A stretch of DNA of 64,000 bases from an uncultured Tateyamaria sp. Lineage in GTDB: Bacteria; Pseudomonadota; Alphaproteobacteria; Rhodobacterales; Rhodobacteraceae. Positions 1-9,744 of the stretch are shown piece after piece (position 1 is the first letter of the stretch; every line of letters begins with the position of its first letter). The position numbers and the translations under genes were made by a program. Where the stretch lies: NCBI RefSeq assembly GCF_947503465.1, contig NZ_CANNDN010000006.1:8857-72856 (forward strand), written 5' to 3'. The notes beneath the pieces were generated by a model. The model had not been told where the DNA came from. It ran no database searches and saw only the letters and a program-made list of their open reading frames with translations.

Positions 1-1
1 G

Positions 2-556
2 GTGCACATGGTGACAACGGCGGCGGCCCATGACAGCGGGCCGATTGCCTTCCGCTATCCGCGCGGCAACGGGCGCGGGGTCGAGATGCCGGAACAGGGC
101 GAGGTGCTGGAGATCGGCAAGGGCCGGATGATCCAGGAGGGATCAGACGTGGCGCTCTTGTCGCTGGGCACGCATCTGGATGCCTGCGAACGCGCCGCGG
201 CCCGGCTGGAAGCGGACGGTCTGTCCGTGTCCATCGCCGATGCGCGCTTTGCCAAGCCGCTGGACATGGACATGATCCGCGCCCTGGCGGCCAGGCACAC
301 GCTGCTGGTCACCGTCGAACAGGGCGCCATGGGCGGCTTTGGCGCGATGGTGTTGCAGGCCATGGCCGCCGACGGGTTGCTGGATCAGGGCCTCAAGGTG
401 CGCACGATGCACCTGCCGGACCGGTTCATCGACCAGGCCAGCCCGGACGAGATGTACGAGGATGCCGGCCTTACGGCTCAGGACATCGTGCATACGGTTC
501 AGGACGCCCTTGGGCGCGTGGAGACAAATGTGGTCGACCTGATCGCGGGCGAATAG
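2..556 (+). CDS. dxs: 1-deoxy-D-xylulose-5-phosphate synthase, C-terminal part (5' end outside window)
   Basis: ORF 2..556. Transketolase-C-like motifs typical of Dxs ([37 protein letters not shown]). No start codon in the window. Confidence 0.9.
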   Translation: MHMVTTAAAHDSGPIAFRYPRGNGRGVEMPEQGEVLEIGKGRMIQEGSDVALLSLGTHLDACERAAARLEADGLSVSIADARFAKPLDMDMIRALAARHTLLVTVEQGAMGGFGAMVLQAMAADGLLDQGLKVRTMHLPDRFIDQASPDEMYEDAGLTAQDIVHTVQDALGRVETNVVDLIAGE

Positions 557-557
557 G

Positions 558-589
558 CTTCATTGTTCGACAAATATGCCCGCCGGAGG
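558..589 (-). repeat. stop-proximal ~33-bp repeat family, copy A (after dxs)
   Basis: CTTCATTGTTCGACAAATATGCCCGCCGGAGG begins 1 nt after the dxs TAG. Confidence 0.85.
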
Positions 590-629
590 CTCCGACATCG
601 GCCGCAGGGACCCTCCGGGGGTCGTATTT

Positions 630-1982
630 TCAGTCGGAAGAAACACGCGCGCGCGCCTGCGCCGCCTGATCGGGAAGCCCTGATGTCTCATAGATGTCCG
701 CCAGCATCGCATTGAGCGGTACGCCGTCGGGATCAAAGGTGCGCCGCATCTCCAGGACCTGCTGCGCACGAGAGGTCCGGCCTGCGCGGATCAGGGCATC
801 AAGGTGGATCTGGTCGAACAGGTCCCTTTGCGCATGGCTGCCACCGCCTTCGGCAAGGCGGGGCAGGGCCTTGCCCAGAAAACGGATGCAATCGTCGTAA
901 TCACCGGCGGCGTGGGCGGCGATTCCGTGGGCGGCCCAAAGCGCCACGTCGCGCCAGACCTGACAGTCGTGCCGGCTGTCATCCTCGGCGCGCTCCTCTA
1001 TCGCCTTCAGCAGGGCCTCGCCCTCGGCGCGCCCTGTCCGGCCCAGGGCGTAAAGGTATTGCAGGGTCAGAAAGGGGCTGACCGTATCGGCCCCGCGCCG
1101 CGCGACATGGTCGGCCACGTCCTGCCAGCGGTCGCCCACGTCGATGCCTGCAAATTCGATCCGTGCCAGCAGCGACACGGCCCCCACCTGATCCTGCGAA
1201 TAGTCGCGGTTCTGGTTCCACACATGGGTGTCATAGGCGGCCAGCAGGTCGTCCGTGCGCCCGGCCGAGATGTAGAACAGCGCCAGGTGCCACCAGTTGT
1301 GGCTGTGCATGAAGCTGTTGAGATCGGCCCAGTGATGCGCGACCGATTCCAGGAATGCCGTGCCTTCGGCCACCTGCCCGCGCGTGAGGTAGATATGGGC
1401 CAGCGCGTGATGCGCCCAGGGTTCGCTGTCATCGAGGCGCAGCGCATGGCGCGCGGCGGCTTCGGCATCGTCCAGCAGGTGGCATTCCTCGAACCCGAAG
1501 GCCAGCATGCCGTGGGCATAAGGGATGTCCGCGGCCCCCGGCTGCGCCTTTTGCGCGACGCGCAGCATGGCCGGAAAGTCGCCGATGTTGAACGTGTGGT
1601 ACTGGCCCAGTTTCAACATCACCATGTCGCGGGGATAGGCGCTGACCGTTGCCTCGCACAGTTCGATCAGTTTGGGGATGTCCCCGGCGACGAAAAGGCG
1701 GGCCGCTTCGACAGCGGCCTCTTCGCGGGGCGACAGGCCTGTGGCGGCCAGCGCGTTGTCCAGGAATGGCTGCGCCAGTGACGGGGCCGAGGGTGCTTCC
1801 AGCAGCATATAGAGGATCGCGGCGTAGGCATTGGCCAGGCCATTGCCGGGGTCCGCCCTGGCCGCCTTGAGGATGTTGGCCGCCTTGGTCTGGAAGCTGA
1901 TGAACCCGTGCACGAAATCGTCGATCCCCTGGCGGGTCGCGTCGCTGTTGCAGGTGATGGGCAGGCCATAGAGGTCGTGCAT
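630..1982 (-). CDS. TPR-like helical repeat protein (TTC38-family-like)
   Basis: 450-aa ORF with ATG start, 12 bp downstream of the preceding gene. All-helical repeat composition. Function not inferable. Confidence 0.55.
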   Translation of the reverse strand: MHDLYGLPITCNSDATRQGIDDFVHGFISFQTKAANILKAARADPGNGLANAYAAILYMLLEAPSAPSLAQPFLDNALAATGLSPREEAAVEAARLFVAGDIPKLIELCEATVSAYPRDMVMLKLGQYHTFNIGDFPAMLRVAQKAQPGAADIPYAHGMLAFGFEECHLLDDAEAAARHALRLDDSEPWAHHALAHIYLTRGQVAEGTAFLESVAHHWADLNSFMHSHNWWHLALFYISAGRTDDLLAAYDTHVWNQNRDYSQDQVGAVSLLARIEFAGIDVGDRWQDVADHVARRGADTVSPFLTLQYLYALGRTGRAEGEALLKAIEERAEDDSRHDCQVWRDVALWAAHGIAAHAAGDYDDCIRFLGKALPRLAEGGGSHAQRDLFDQIHLDALIRAGRTSRAQQVLEMRRTFDPDGVPLNAMLADIYETSGLPDQAAQARARVSSD

Positions 1983-1993
1983 CCGTGTCCCTC

Positions 1994-2785
1994 TCAGATC
2001 GGGTGTTTGGCGGCATAGGCGCGCAGCAGGCCGGCCACCTGGTCGGGCGCATCCCAGTGGATCGAATGCCCGGCCCCTTCAAGGATGTGGTGCGGCAGGT
2101 GGCTGAGCACGGCCAGGATGTGATCGGGTGGCACAACCAGGTCAAGCGCGCCGATCAGCACCTGTGTGGGGCAGGTCGGGCTGGCCAGCGCGGTGCCGTC
2201 AAAGCCGCGCAAGGCGGTCAGTTGGTGTTCCATGGCATCGGCCGTCTGTGCGTGCGGGTAGGCAAGGCTGTCTGCCACCGCCTGGTCCAATGCGGCCGGA
2301 TCGTGGTAGACGCGCGGATTGAATAGCCACGGGAACAGGGCGCGCAGCCATGTGTCTGCGGGCGCGTTGCTGCGCCGGATCGCGATGAGCGTCGCGAAGA
2401 GCGCCGTGTTGCGCGGCAGGCGCACGGGGGCGGAGGCCGCGATATGGGTCGAGGCCATGCGGTCGGGCACCTCCTGCGCCATGTGCAGCGCGATGATCCC
2501 GCCCATCGAATGGCCGATGGTGTGGTACCGGTCGTGTCCCAGATGCGTCATCAGCGCGAGCGCATCCTTGCACATCAGGTCGATGGACACGGGCGCGTCC
2601 CACGGTGTTGTCCGGCCCGTCGTGCGGTTGTCGGGTGTGATGCAGGTAAAGTGATCCCTGAGCAGCGGGATCAGCGGGGTCCAGCTGGCGTGGTCGGACA
2701 TGAACCCGGCTAGCATCAGAAGCGGCGGGCCGTCTCCGGTCACGTCATAGTGCAGGGCGACATCGTTACGTGCGAGGGTCGGCAT
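1994..2785 (-). CDS. alpha/beta-fold hydrolase
   Basis: ORF trimmed to the internal ATG (MPTLARNDV...), which overlaps the upstream stop. GHSMGG nucleophile elbow. Confidence 0.75.
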   Translation of the reverse strand: MPTLARNDVALHYDVTGDGPPLLMLAGFMSDHASWTPLIPLLRDHFTCITPDNRTTGRTTPWDAPVSIDLMCKDALALMTHLGHDRYHTIGHSMGGIIALHMAQEVPDRMASTHIAASAPVRLPRNTALFATLIAIRRSNAPADTWLRALFPWLFNPRVYHDPAALDQAVADSLAYPHAQTADAMEHQLTALRGFDGTALASPTCPTQVLIGALDLVVPPDHILAVLSHLPHHILEGAGHSIHWDAPDQVAGLLRAYAAKHPI

Positions 2786-3776
2786 TGAGCTGGCTCCAGG
2801 TTGGCAGCAGGTCGTGTGGGGCAGGGGTGGCGGCATGAACGCCCCGGGCGATGGCGCGCGTCAGGCACAGCGCGGCGGCGTGGCCGATCAGGCTCAGGTC
2901 CTGCGGGTCGGTCATGGGGGTCGCGCCGGTTGAGACGCCAAAGACAAGATCCCCGTCGCCGGGGCTGTGCGCCGGCACGCAGGCCCGCGCGATACCGTCA
3001 TGCGCCGCAATCGCGACGCGCTGGCATTGCGCCTTGTCCAGCCTGGCGTCCGTGGCGACGATGGCGATGGTCGTGTTGGCCCGCTCCAGCATCGCCGTCA
3101 GCTTGGCACTGTCGAGGCTGCGTCCGAGGCCCGTGGCCGGGTCGGGCCCCAGCCCTCCGAATTCGTCATCGATCTCGAACGGGGCCGCCCAGAAATGCCT
3201 GTCACCGGGTGTCGTGACGCTGCCCATCGGGTTGGCGGCAACCAGGGCGCCCACCGTGATCCCGGTGTCGAGGGTGAGAGAGGCGGTGCCCAGCCCGCCC
3301 TTCATCCGCGCCGTCATGGCCCCGGTGCCCGCGCCGATGGTGCCGATGTCGGTGGTGTCGGTGGCGGCATCGAACGCCGCGCGGCCAAGTGCGGGGTAGG
3401 GGGTGTCGGCCCAGGCATGATCCCCGCCCGACAGCAGGTCGAAGATAATCGCCCCCGGCACCAGCGGGATGATGGCGTCGCCCACGCGGTAGCCGCGCCC
3501 CTGTGCCCGAAGCCCGGCCACCACGCCCGAACAGGCGTCAAGCCCGTAGGCGCTGCCGCCTGCCAGCACCAGCGCATCCACCTGTGCGACGGATTTGTCC
3601 GGTGCCAGCAGGTCCGTTTCGCGCGTCCCCGGCGCGCCGCCCAGAACCGCGACAGAGGCGGTAAAGGGCGCATCCGCCGTCAGCACCGTGACGCCGGATT
3701 TCAGCGCGTCGTCCTGCGCGTTGCCGACCTTGAGCCCGGCAATGTCCGTGATCGCGTTTTGCGGGCCTGGGGTCAT
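2766..3776 (-). CDS. P1/S58-family aminopeptidase (DmpA-like)
   Basis: ORF trimmed to the ATG at 3776 (MTPGPQNAITDIAGLKVGN...). GGAPGTRE and GGSAYGL motifs resemble the DmpA/P1 peptidase family. Confidence 0.7.
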   Translation of the reverse strand: MTPGPQNAITDIAGLKVGNAQDDALKSGVTVLTADAPFTASVAVLGGAPGTRETDLLAPDKSVAQVDALVLAGGSAYGLDACSGVVAGLRAQGRGYRVGDAIIPLVPGAIIFDLLSGGDHAWADTPYPALGRAAFDAATDTTDIGTIGAGTGAMTARMKGGLGTASLTLDTGITVGALVAANPMGSVTTPGDRHFWAAPFEIDDEFGGLGPDPATGLGRSLDSAKLTAMLERANTTIAIVATDARLDKAQCQRVAIAAHDGIARACVPAHSPGDGDLVFGVSTGATPMTDPQDLSLIGHAAALCLTRAIARGVHAATPAPHDLLPTWSQLNADPRT

Positions 3777-3788
3777 TTTGATTTCGTG

Positions 3789-3822
3789 CCTCCGGCGGGC
3801 ATATTTGGGGGAACAATGAAGG
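3789..3822 (+). repeat. stop-proximal repeat family, copy B
   Basis: CCTCCGGCGGGCATATTTGGGGGAACAATGAAGG ends 1 nt from the stop (3824) of the minus-strand cupin gene. Confidence 0.85.
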
Positions 3823-3823
3823 G

Positions 3824-4174
3824 TCAGATGCGGGGTTTCGGTGCGGCCGTGGCAGGATCGCCGGTGTTGGGAACGCCCTTGGGTTCGATCAGCAGGACCT
3901 TGCATTCGGCGTCAGCGCGCGGCCGGTGCGTGACGCCCTTGGGCACGATGAACAGCTCGCCCGCCTTGACCGGGTGGCTTTCGGTTTCCAGGTCCATGAC
4001 CATCTCGCCTTCCAGCACGAGAAAGAAGTCGTCGGTGTCCTCGTGCAGGTGGAAGGGGAATTCCCCCTGGAACTTGACCACCATCACCTCGTTTTCGTTG
4101 TAATCGGCGACCACGTGCGGGTCCCAGTGAGTGTTGAACTGTGCAAGTTTGGCGGCAAGGTTGATGGTCTGCAT
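3824..4174 (-). CDS. cupin domain protein
   Basis: ORF trimmed to the ATG at 4174, preceded by AAGGAG. Cupin metal motif FHLHEDTDDFF...G...H. Confidence 0.7.
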   Translation of the reverse strand: MQTINLAAKLAQFNTHWDPHVVADYNENEVMVVKFQGEFPFHLHEDTDDFFLVLEGEMVMDLETESHPVKAGELFIVPKGVTHRPRADAECKVLLIEPKGVPNTGDPATAAPKPRI

Positions 4175-4238
4175 GGCGGGCTCCTTTTTCTTGTGGCACA
4201 TCATGCGCGATTGTGGGCGGGCCACAAGGGCGCACGCG

Positions 4239-5087
4239 TCATGTCGGCAGTGTCAGGGCCGAGGTAAGTATCGCCGTCACGGCGAGGATCAGAGCGAAAA
4301 CGCTCAATTCCACCGTGATGCTGGCGGCGAGGCGCCGCGCGGCCGTGCGGTCGCCGCGGGCGAGGGCGGGCACGAACCGAACCTTGTTCAGGGCGGCCAG
4401 GCCCAGCAGTGCCGATACGGCAAGAATTTTCAGCAGCAAAGCCTGACCGTAACCGGTGCTGACAAGCGCGCCGGCACTGCCCAGCAATCGGTAGGCCATG
4501 ATCCCGCCCGCGACGATCAGGACCGGAACGAAAACGCTGGCGACGCGGCCGAAGCGATGCCCGAGCGTGGCCGCCTGGGCCATGGTGGAGGGTGTGCGCG
4601 CAAGGCGTCGGAGCGGGATGAGGATACCGATCCATCCCGCGATGCCGACAAGATGCAGAAGCAACAGGCCTGACAGAAGGACGGACTCGCGGGTCGCGAT
4701 ATGACCGGTCAGCACGAAAGACGACAGGGCGGCGACACCACCAAGGCCCGACAGAACGGCACCGATCCGGCCCAGGCCCAGTCCCGCCATCAGCAATACG
4801 AACCCGCCGACCTGGATCTGAAGTGCGGTGCCGCTTTGGGTGCGCCACAGGAGCCCGAGCATTTCGGGGTCGGTCATGCCAGTGGCGTCGCCGGTCAGCG
4901 CGGCCCCTTTCATTACAAAGGTCGCAACCGCCGCAACAAGGCCGAGACTGGCAAAGCCTGCTGCCAGACCGGCGGTGCGCCGCAGGCCAAAGGCAAGCGC
5001 ACACATCACCGTGCCCGCCGCCCCGAGCGTGCCCGTATAGACCGCCCATTTCAGACCGATCGCCAAAAGGCCCAGGCCGTCCGGCAT
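4239..5087 (-). CDS. copD: copper resistance membrane protein CopD-like
   Basis: Multi-pass membrane ORF starting 1 nt after the copC stop (MPDGLGLL...). The pairing with copC supports the call. Confidence 0.65.
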   Translation of the reverse strand: MPDGLGLLAIGLKWAVYTGTLGAAGTVMCALAFGLRRTAGLAAGFASLGLVAAVATFVMKGAALTGDATGMTDPEMLGLLWRTQSGTALQIQVGGFVLLMAGLGLGRIGAVLSGLGGVAALSSFVLTGHIATRESVLLSGLLLLHLVGIAGWIGILIPLRRLARTPSTMAQAATLGHRFGRVASVFVPVLIVAGGIMAYRLLGSAGALVSTGYGQALLLKILAVSALLGLAALNKVRFVPALARGDRTAARRLAASITVELSVFALILAVTAILTSALTLPT

Positions 5088-5088
5088 G

Positions 5089-5430
5089 TCAATCAACGAT
5101 GAAACTGATGGTGCCCTTTTGCGCGTGGCCGTCATCGCCGAGCCCGCGCCATTCGATCAGGTAGGTGCCCTTGCCCATGTCCTGAAGGGGCAACTTGAAA
5201 CGGGACGCGAAACTCTTTTGTCCGTCGAGGGTCATTTGACCCGTTTGCGTTTCTTCGTATGTCCAGGTGACGCGGGTGAGCCGAATGTCACGCTTGAAGG
5301 TCAGAGCGAGTTCGGATGGCGTCGAGCCGAGCCGGTCGCCATGGCCGGGCGACGTGTCCTCCAGCGGTGAATGTGCCGCTGTGGCAGAGGCGAAAGCCCA
5401 GATCACGAGCGCGGCCAGCGTGCATTTCAT
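5089..5430 (-). CDS. copC: periplasmic copper-binding protein CopC-like
   Basis: 113 aa with a signal peptide (MKCTLAALVIWAFASATA) followed by a His-start mature CopC-like domain. Confidence 0.7.
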   Translation of the reverse strand: MKCTLAALVIWAFASATAAHSPLEDTSPGHGDRLGSTPSELALTFKRDIRLTRVTWTYEETQTGQMTLDGQKSFASRFKLPLQDMGKGTYLIEWRGLGDDGHAQKGTISFIVD

Positions 5431-5511
5431 GTCGAGCGTCCTTTGTCGTTCTGTACGTGCCGTGATCCTAGGGTAAAAAGCGGGGCTTAGGCCAGAGGGT
5501 CTGTGCGCCCC

Positions 5512-6252
5512 TCAGATACACCGCCCGCCGTCGATCTCGAGCGCGACGCCCGTGATCATCGATGCCGCATCCGAGCACAGGAATGTGGCCGCCGCGCCCA
5601 TGTCCTGCGGGGTGGAAAAGCGGCCCAGTGGGATGGTGGAGAGAAACTTGGCGCGGGTTTCCGGCGTGTCTTCGCCCATGAACGATTTCAGCAGTGGCGT
5701 TTCGCCTGCCACCGGGTTGATTGCGTTCACGCGGATGCCGTCGGGGGCCAGTTCGACCGCCATCGCCTTGGTTGCCGTGATCATCCAGCCCTTGGAGGCG
5801 TTGTACCAGTTCAGACGGGGCCGTGGGCTGATCCCGGCGGTCGAGGCGACGTTCAGGATTGCGCCTGCCTTGCGCGCCTTGAAGTGGGGCACGAGCGCGC
5901 GCGCCGTCAGGTAGACCGACTTGGCGTTCACGGCCAGCACGCGGTCAAAGTCGTCTTCGGTCACGTCCTCAAGCGCCTGGGGCATGTGGGTGATGCCCGC
6001 GTTGTTCACAAGGATGTCGAGGTGGCCGAAGGTGGACAGCGCCGTGTCGGCCATGGCCTGAACCGACGCGCCGTTTGCGACGTCGACCGGGGTGCTGTGC
6101 CCGCCGATCTCTTGCGCGATGGCCGCCGCGCCGTCGCCGTTGATATCGGCAACCAGCACCTGCGCGCCTGCCGCCGCAAAGGCCCGTGCGATCCCGGCGC
6201 CAAAGCCGCTGGCCGCCCCCGTGACAATCGCGGTCTTGCCGTCAAGCTGCAT
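5512..6252 (-). CDS. SDR-family oxidoreductase
   Basis: Trimmed to the ATG at 6252 (MQLDGKTAIVTGAASGFG). NNAG and YNASK catalytic motifs. Overlaps the upstream stop. Confidence 0.85.
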   Translation of the reverse strand: MQLDGKTAIVTGAASGFGAGIARAFAAAGAQVLVADINGDGAAAIAQEIGGHSTPVDVANGASVQAMADTALSTFGHLDILVNNAGITHMPQALEDVTEDDFDRVLAVNAKSVYLTARALVPHFKARKAGAILNVASTAGISPRPRLNWYNASKGWMITATKAMAVELAPDGIRVNAINPVAGETPLLKSFMGEDTPETRAKFLSTIPLGRFSTPQDMGAAATFLCSDAASMITGVALEIDGGRCI

Positions 6253-7099
6253 CTGACACCTCGTTGATAAAGTCGCGCATGAGGGTATAGAACGCCTCTG
6301 GCGCGTCAAAGTCGACCGTGTGGCCCGCGTTTTCCAGCAGGTGAAAGCGTGGATCCGGCAAGTGCCGGGCGATCTCGGCCCCGAAGACGTGGGGCATGAT
6401 CGGATCGCGGTCACCGGCGATGACAAGGGCCGGGCATGTCACCCGGGCCAGGTCCGCGCGAAAGTCGAAGCGGCCATGTTCGTTTTTCGGGCCGTTGAAC
6501 TGCATCGCGACCGGGTTCTTGACGATCATGCGGGCCACCATGTCCTGATCCAGGCCGCGCACCGAATAGAGCGGAAAACACGTGTCGAAATAGGCCTGTC
6601 TGCGGTCTGGCGTGGGATCGGACCAATAGGTGCGTGCCACCGCGCCCGCCTTGGGCCCGCCGATCCGGGCAAAGGCGGCAAAGACGGTTTCAAAGTCTAC
6701 ATGCGCCGCCGTCACCGACAGGATCAGGCCGGAGAGCCGGTCCGGGTGGCGCGTGGCAAAGGACTGCGCCACATAGCCACCAAAGGACGCGCCATAGATG
6801 ATCGGGGCATCAAGGCCCAGCACATCGCACAGGCCCGCGATGTCGTCGCCCCATTGCGCCAATGTCCAGGTGGACGGATCGCCATCGTCCGACCGCCCGT
6901 TGCCGCGGTGATCGACATAGATGATCTGGCACATATCGGCGAGCTGCCCAAGGTGGGGCTTGTAGATCGAGTGATCCGAGCCGGGCCCGCCATGCAGCGC
7001 AATCAGCGTCGGCTTTTCGCGCATCTCCGGGCCGTCGGGAACGAGGCTGGACCCTTCGATATCGACATAGAGACGGACGCCGTTCACCTCGATCCGCAT
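6242..7099 (-). CDS. alpha/beta hydrolase (proline iminopeptidase-like)
   Basis: 285 aa. HGGPGSDHS and GASFGG motifs. 1-nt overlap with the upstream SDR stop (7099). Confidence 0.75.
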   Translation of the reverse strand: MRIEVNGVRLYVDIEGSSLVPDGPEMREKPTLIALHGGPGSDHSIYKPHLGQLADMCQIIYVDHRGNGRSDDGDPSTWTLAQWGDDIAGLCDVLGLDAPIIYGASFGGYVAQSFATRHPDRLSGLILSVTAAHVDFETVFAAFARIGGPKAGAVARTYWSDPTPDRRQAYFDTCFPLYSVRGLDQDMVARMIVKNPVAMQFNGPKNEHGRFDFRADLARVTCPALVIAGDRDPIMPHVFGAEIARHLPDPRFHLLENAGHTVDFDAPEAFYTLMRDFINEVSDAA

Positions 7100-7815
7100 C
7101 AGGCTGTCGCCCTGCCGCCGGACTGGTCAAAGCAGAACCCGGTGGTAAAGCTTGCCTCTTCGCTTGCCAGCCAGCAGGCCATGCTTGCGATCTCGTCCAC
7201 CGTGCCGAAGCGGCCCATGGGGATCTTGGATTGCATGAAATCGATATGCGCCTGCGTCATCTGGTCGAAGATGGCCGTGCGCACCGCCGCCGGGGCGATG
7301 GCGTTGCAGGTGACCCCGCTGGTCGCCAGTTCCTTACCCAGCGATTTGGTCAGCCCGATCACGCCCGCCTTGGACGCGGAATAGGCGGGGGCGTTGGGGT
7401 TGCCTTCCTTGCCCGCGATCGAGGCGATGTTGACGATCCGGCCCCACCCCTTGGCCCGCATGATCGGGGCCGCGGCGCGGTTGCAGTAGAAGACGGCGTT
7501 CAGGTTCAGGTCGTGCACCTTCAGCCAATCCTCGACCGGATAGTCCCATGTGGTCGTGTTTGGCCCGGTGATCCCGGCCGAGCAGACCAGGATGTCCGGC
7601 GCGGCCTCTGTCATGGCGGCGCTGACTGCCTCTGCGTCCGTCACGTCAATCTGGCGGGTGCCCATGTCCAGCGCAGCCAGCGCGCCTGCGTTGATGTCCC
7701 AGACCTCTACCGTGCCGCCTTCGGCCATGATGCGCGCCGCGATGCCGTGCCCCAGCCCGGCCGCCCCGCCGGTGATGACGGCGCGGCGCCCCTTGAAACG
7801 GTTTTCGATGATCAT
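7099..7815 (-). CDS. SDR-family oxidoreductase
   Basis: 238 aa. ITGGAAGLG Rossmann motif and YSASK catalytic motif. Confidence 0.85.
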   Translation of the reverse strand: MIIENRFKGRRAVITGGAAGLGHGIAARIMAEGGTVEVWDINAGALAALDMGTRQIDVTDAEAVSAAMTEAAPDILVCSAGITGPNTTTWDYPVEDWLKVHDLNLNAVFYCNRAAAPIMRAKGWGRIVNIASIAGKEGNPNAPAYSASKAGVIGLTKSLGKELATSGVTCNAIAPAAVRTAIFDQMTQAHIDFMQSKIPMGRFGTVDEIASMACWLASEEASFTTGFCFDQSGGRATA

Positions 7816-8309
7816 GCCGTGTCCTTCTGCAAGGGCATGCGGTGGACGTGGCGCAGATGGCCGTCCCCGCCAGTGGATGACTTTTCGTGACCAAAGCCGA
7901 GCCTGGTCCAGAACGTGCGCGCGCGGGGGTTTGCGTCCAGCACGGCGATGCGCAGACAGGTGGCCGCGTCCGCCCGGGCCTGTGCGATCACATGGGTGGC
8001 CATCTGTTGGCCCAGACCTGCGCCGCGCGCCTTCGGGTCCAGCAGCAACAGGCCCAGATACCAGTCATTGGGCTCGTAATACCCCTTGAGGCAGGTGGCG
8101 ATGGCGTCGAGGGGGCCGCCCGTGCTGTACCCCCAGCACCAGACCTGGTCCGGCGGGACGCCGGGTGGCGCGTCTGTCATCGTCTCTTGGACATAGGCCA
8201 TGTCGGGGTCCTGCCCGGTTTCAAGCCGGACATAATCGCGGGCCCGCTGGCACAGGTCCAGCACGCGCGCGCCATCCGCGGGCCAGTGCAGGCGCACGAC
8301 CTCAGCCAT
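7812..8309 (-). CDS. GNAT-family N-acetyltransferase
   Basis: Trimmed to the ATG at 8309 (MAEVVRLHW...), which overlaps the ALDH stop. Acetyl-CoA motif ARGAGLGQQM. Confidence 0.6.
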   Translation of the reverse strand: MAEVVRLHWPADGARVLDLCQRARDYVRLETGQDPDMAYVQETMTDAPPGVPPDQVWCWGYSTGGPLDAIATCLKGYYEPNDWYLGLLLLDPKARGAGLGQQMATHVIAQARADAATCLRIAVLDANPRARTFWTRLGFGHEKSSTGGDGHLRHVHRMPLQKDTA

Positions 8310-9744
8310 GATGTGCCGCCACGGTCTTGAGGGTGGAGAAGCCATAGAGTGCCTCGAACCCCTTTTCTCGGCCGTGCCCGGATTTGCCGATGCCACCGAA
8401 AGGCAGTTCGACCCCACCCCCGGCGCCATAGTTGTTGAGGAACACCTGGCCCGACCGCAGTGCTTTCGCAAGCCGCATCTGCCGCGCGCCATCGCGGGTC
8501 CAGACGCTGGCGACAAGGCCGTAATCGGTGCCGTTGGCGATGCGCAGCGCGTCGGCTTCGGTGTCGAACGGGATCAGGACCTGCACGGGGCCAAAGATCT
8601 CGTCGCGGGCCAGTATGTGGTCGGCGGGCACGTTGTCAAAGAGCGTGGGCAGCACATATGCGCCGGTGTCGGGGGCGTCCTGCAATGCGCCCTGGGCCGC
8701 GATCGTCAGGTCCGCGCCCCGTGCGAGGAAGCCGTCAACGATGTCCTTCTGCCGGGCCGAGATCAGGGGGCCGACGCGCAGGTCGTCCAGCGCGGGGCCG
8801 ACAGTGAGGTCGGCGTAAGCCGCCGCCATACGATCCCGGACGTCGTCATACACGCCCCGCTGCACAAGGATGCGCGACGACGCCGAACAGGTCTGGCCCG
8901 TGTTCTGTATCCCTGCGTTCACCAGAAAGGGCAGGGCGGCGTCCAGGTCGGCATCGTCGAACACCAGTTGCGGGGACTTGCCGCCCAGTTCCAGCGTCAC
9001 GGGCACTACATTGGCCCCCGCCGCCTGTTGGACCAGTGCGCCGGTGCGGACCGATCCGGTAAAGCTGATGTGCTGCACGCCGGGATGGGCCGCCAGCGCT
9101 GCGCCCGCTTCGCTGCCCAGACCCGGCACTACGTTCAATGCGCCATCGGGCAACCCGGCCTCGGCTGCGATATGGGCAAAGGCGAGGGCGGTCAGGCACG
9201 CCTCCTCTGCCGGTTTCAGGACACAGGCGTTGCCCATGGCAAGGGCGGCGCCCACGCTGCGCCCGATGATCTGCATGGGATAGTTCCAGGGCACGATATG
9301 CCCCGTGACCCCGTGCGGTTCGCGCAGGGTATAGACGGTATAGCCATCAAGATAGGGGATCGTGTCGCCCGTCACCTTGTCGGCGGCCCCGCCATAGAAT
9401 TCCATGTAGCGGGCCAGCGCCATGGCGTCCGCGCGCGCCTGGGTCAGCGGTTTGCCCACATCCAACGCTTCGAGCGTGGCAAGGTCGTCGACGCGGGCAC
9501 GCACGCGGCGCCCGATCTCGGTCAGGATGCGCCCGCGTTCGGTGGCGGTCATGCGGCCCCAGTCGCCCGCACGCGCGGCATGGGCCGCGGCAACGGCGGC
9601 ATCGATATCCGAACGTTGCCCATTGGCAATGCTCGCCAAGTCACTGGAATCGCTGGGATTGATCAGCGTCAGCCTGTCTTCTGCGGCGACCTCGCGCCCG
9701 CCAATCAGCATCAGCGCAGGATCGAACCAAAGCGGTGGTGTCAT
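8302..9744 (-). CDS. NAD(P)-dependent aldehyde dehydrogenase
   Basis: 480 aa. ELGGKSP motif and catalytic-Cys region GQTCSASSR. Full-length ALDH architecture. Confidence 0.9.
   Translation of the reverse strand: MTPPLWFDPALMLIGGREVAAEDRLTLINPSDSSDLASIANGQRSDIDAAVAAAHAARAGDWGRMTATERGRILTEIGRRVRARVDDLATLEALDVGKPLTQARADAMALARYMEFYGGAADKVTGDTIPYLDGYTVYTLREPHGVTGHIVPWNYPMQIIGRSVGAALAMGNACVLKPAEEACLTALAFAHIAAEAGLPDGALNVVPGLGSEAGAALAAHPGVQHISFTGSVRTGALVQQAAGANVVPVTLELGGKSPQLVFDDADLDAALPFLVNAGIQNTGQTCSASSRILVQRGVYDDVRDRMAAAYADLTVGPALDDLRVGPLISARQKDIVDGFLARGADLTIAAQGALQDAPDTGAYVLPTLFDNVPADHILARDEIFGPVQVLIPFDTEADALRIANGTDYGLVASVWTRDGARQMRLAKALRSGQVFLNNYGAGGGVELPFGGIGKSGHGREKGFEALYGFSTLKTVAAHHG

Noticed and set aside
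4055-4066. 12-bp palindromes GGGGAATTCCCC (in the cupin gene) and AGCGTTAACGCT (27651-27662).
   Set aside because: These are single short palindromes inside or at the end of genes, with no recurrence. They are expected by chance.
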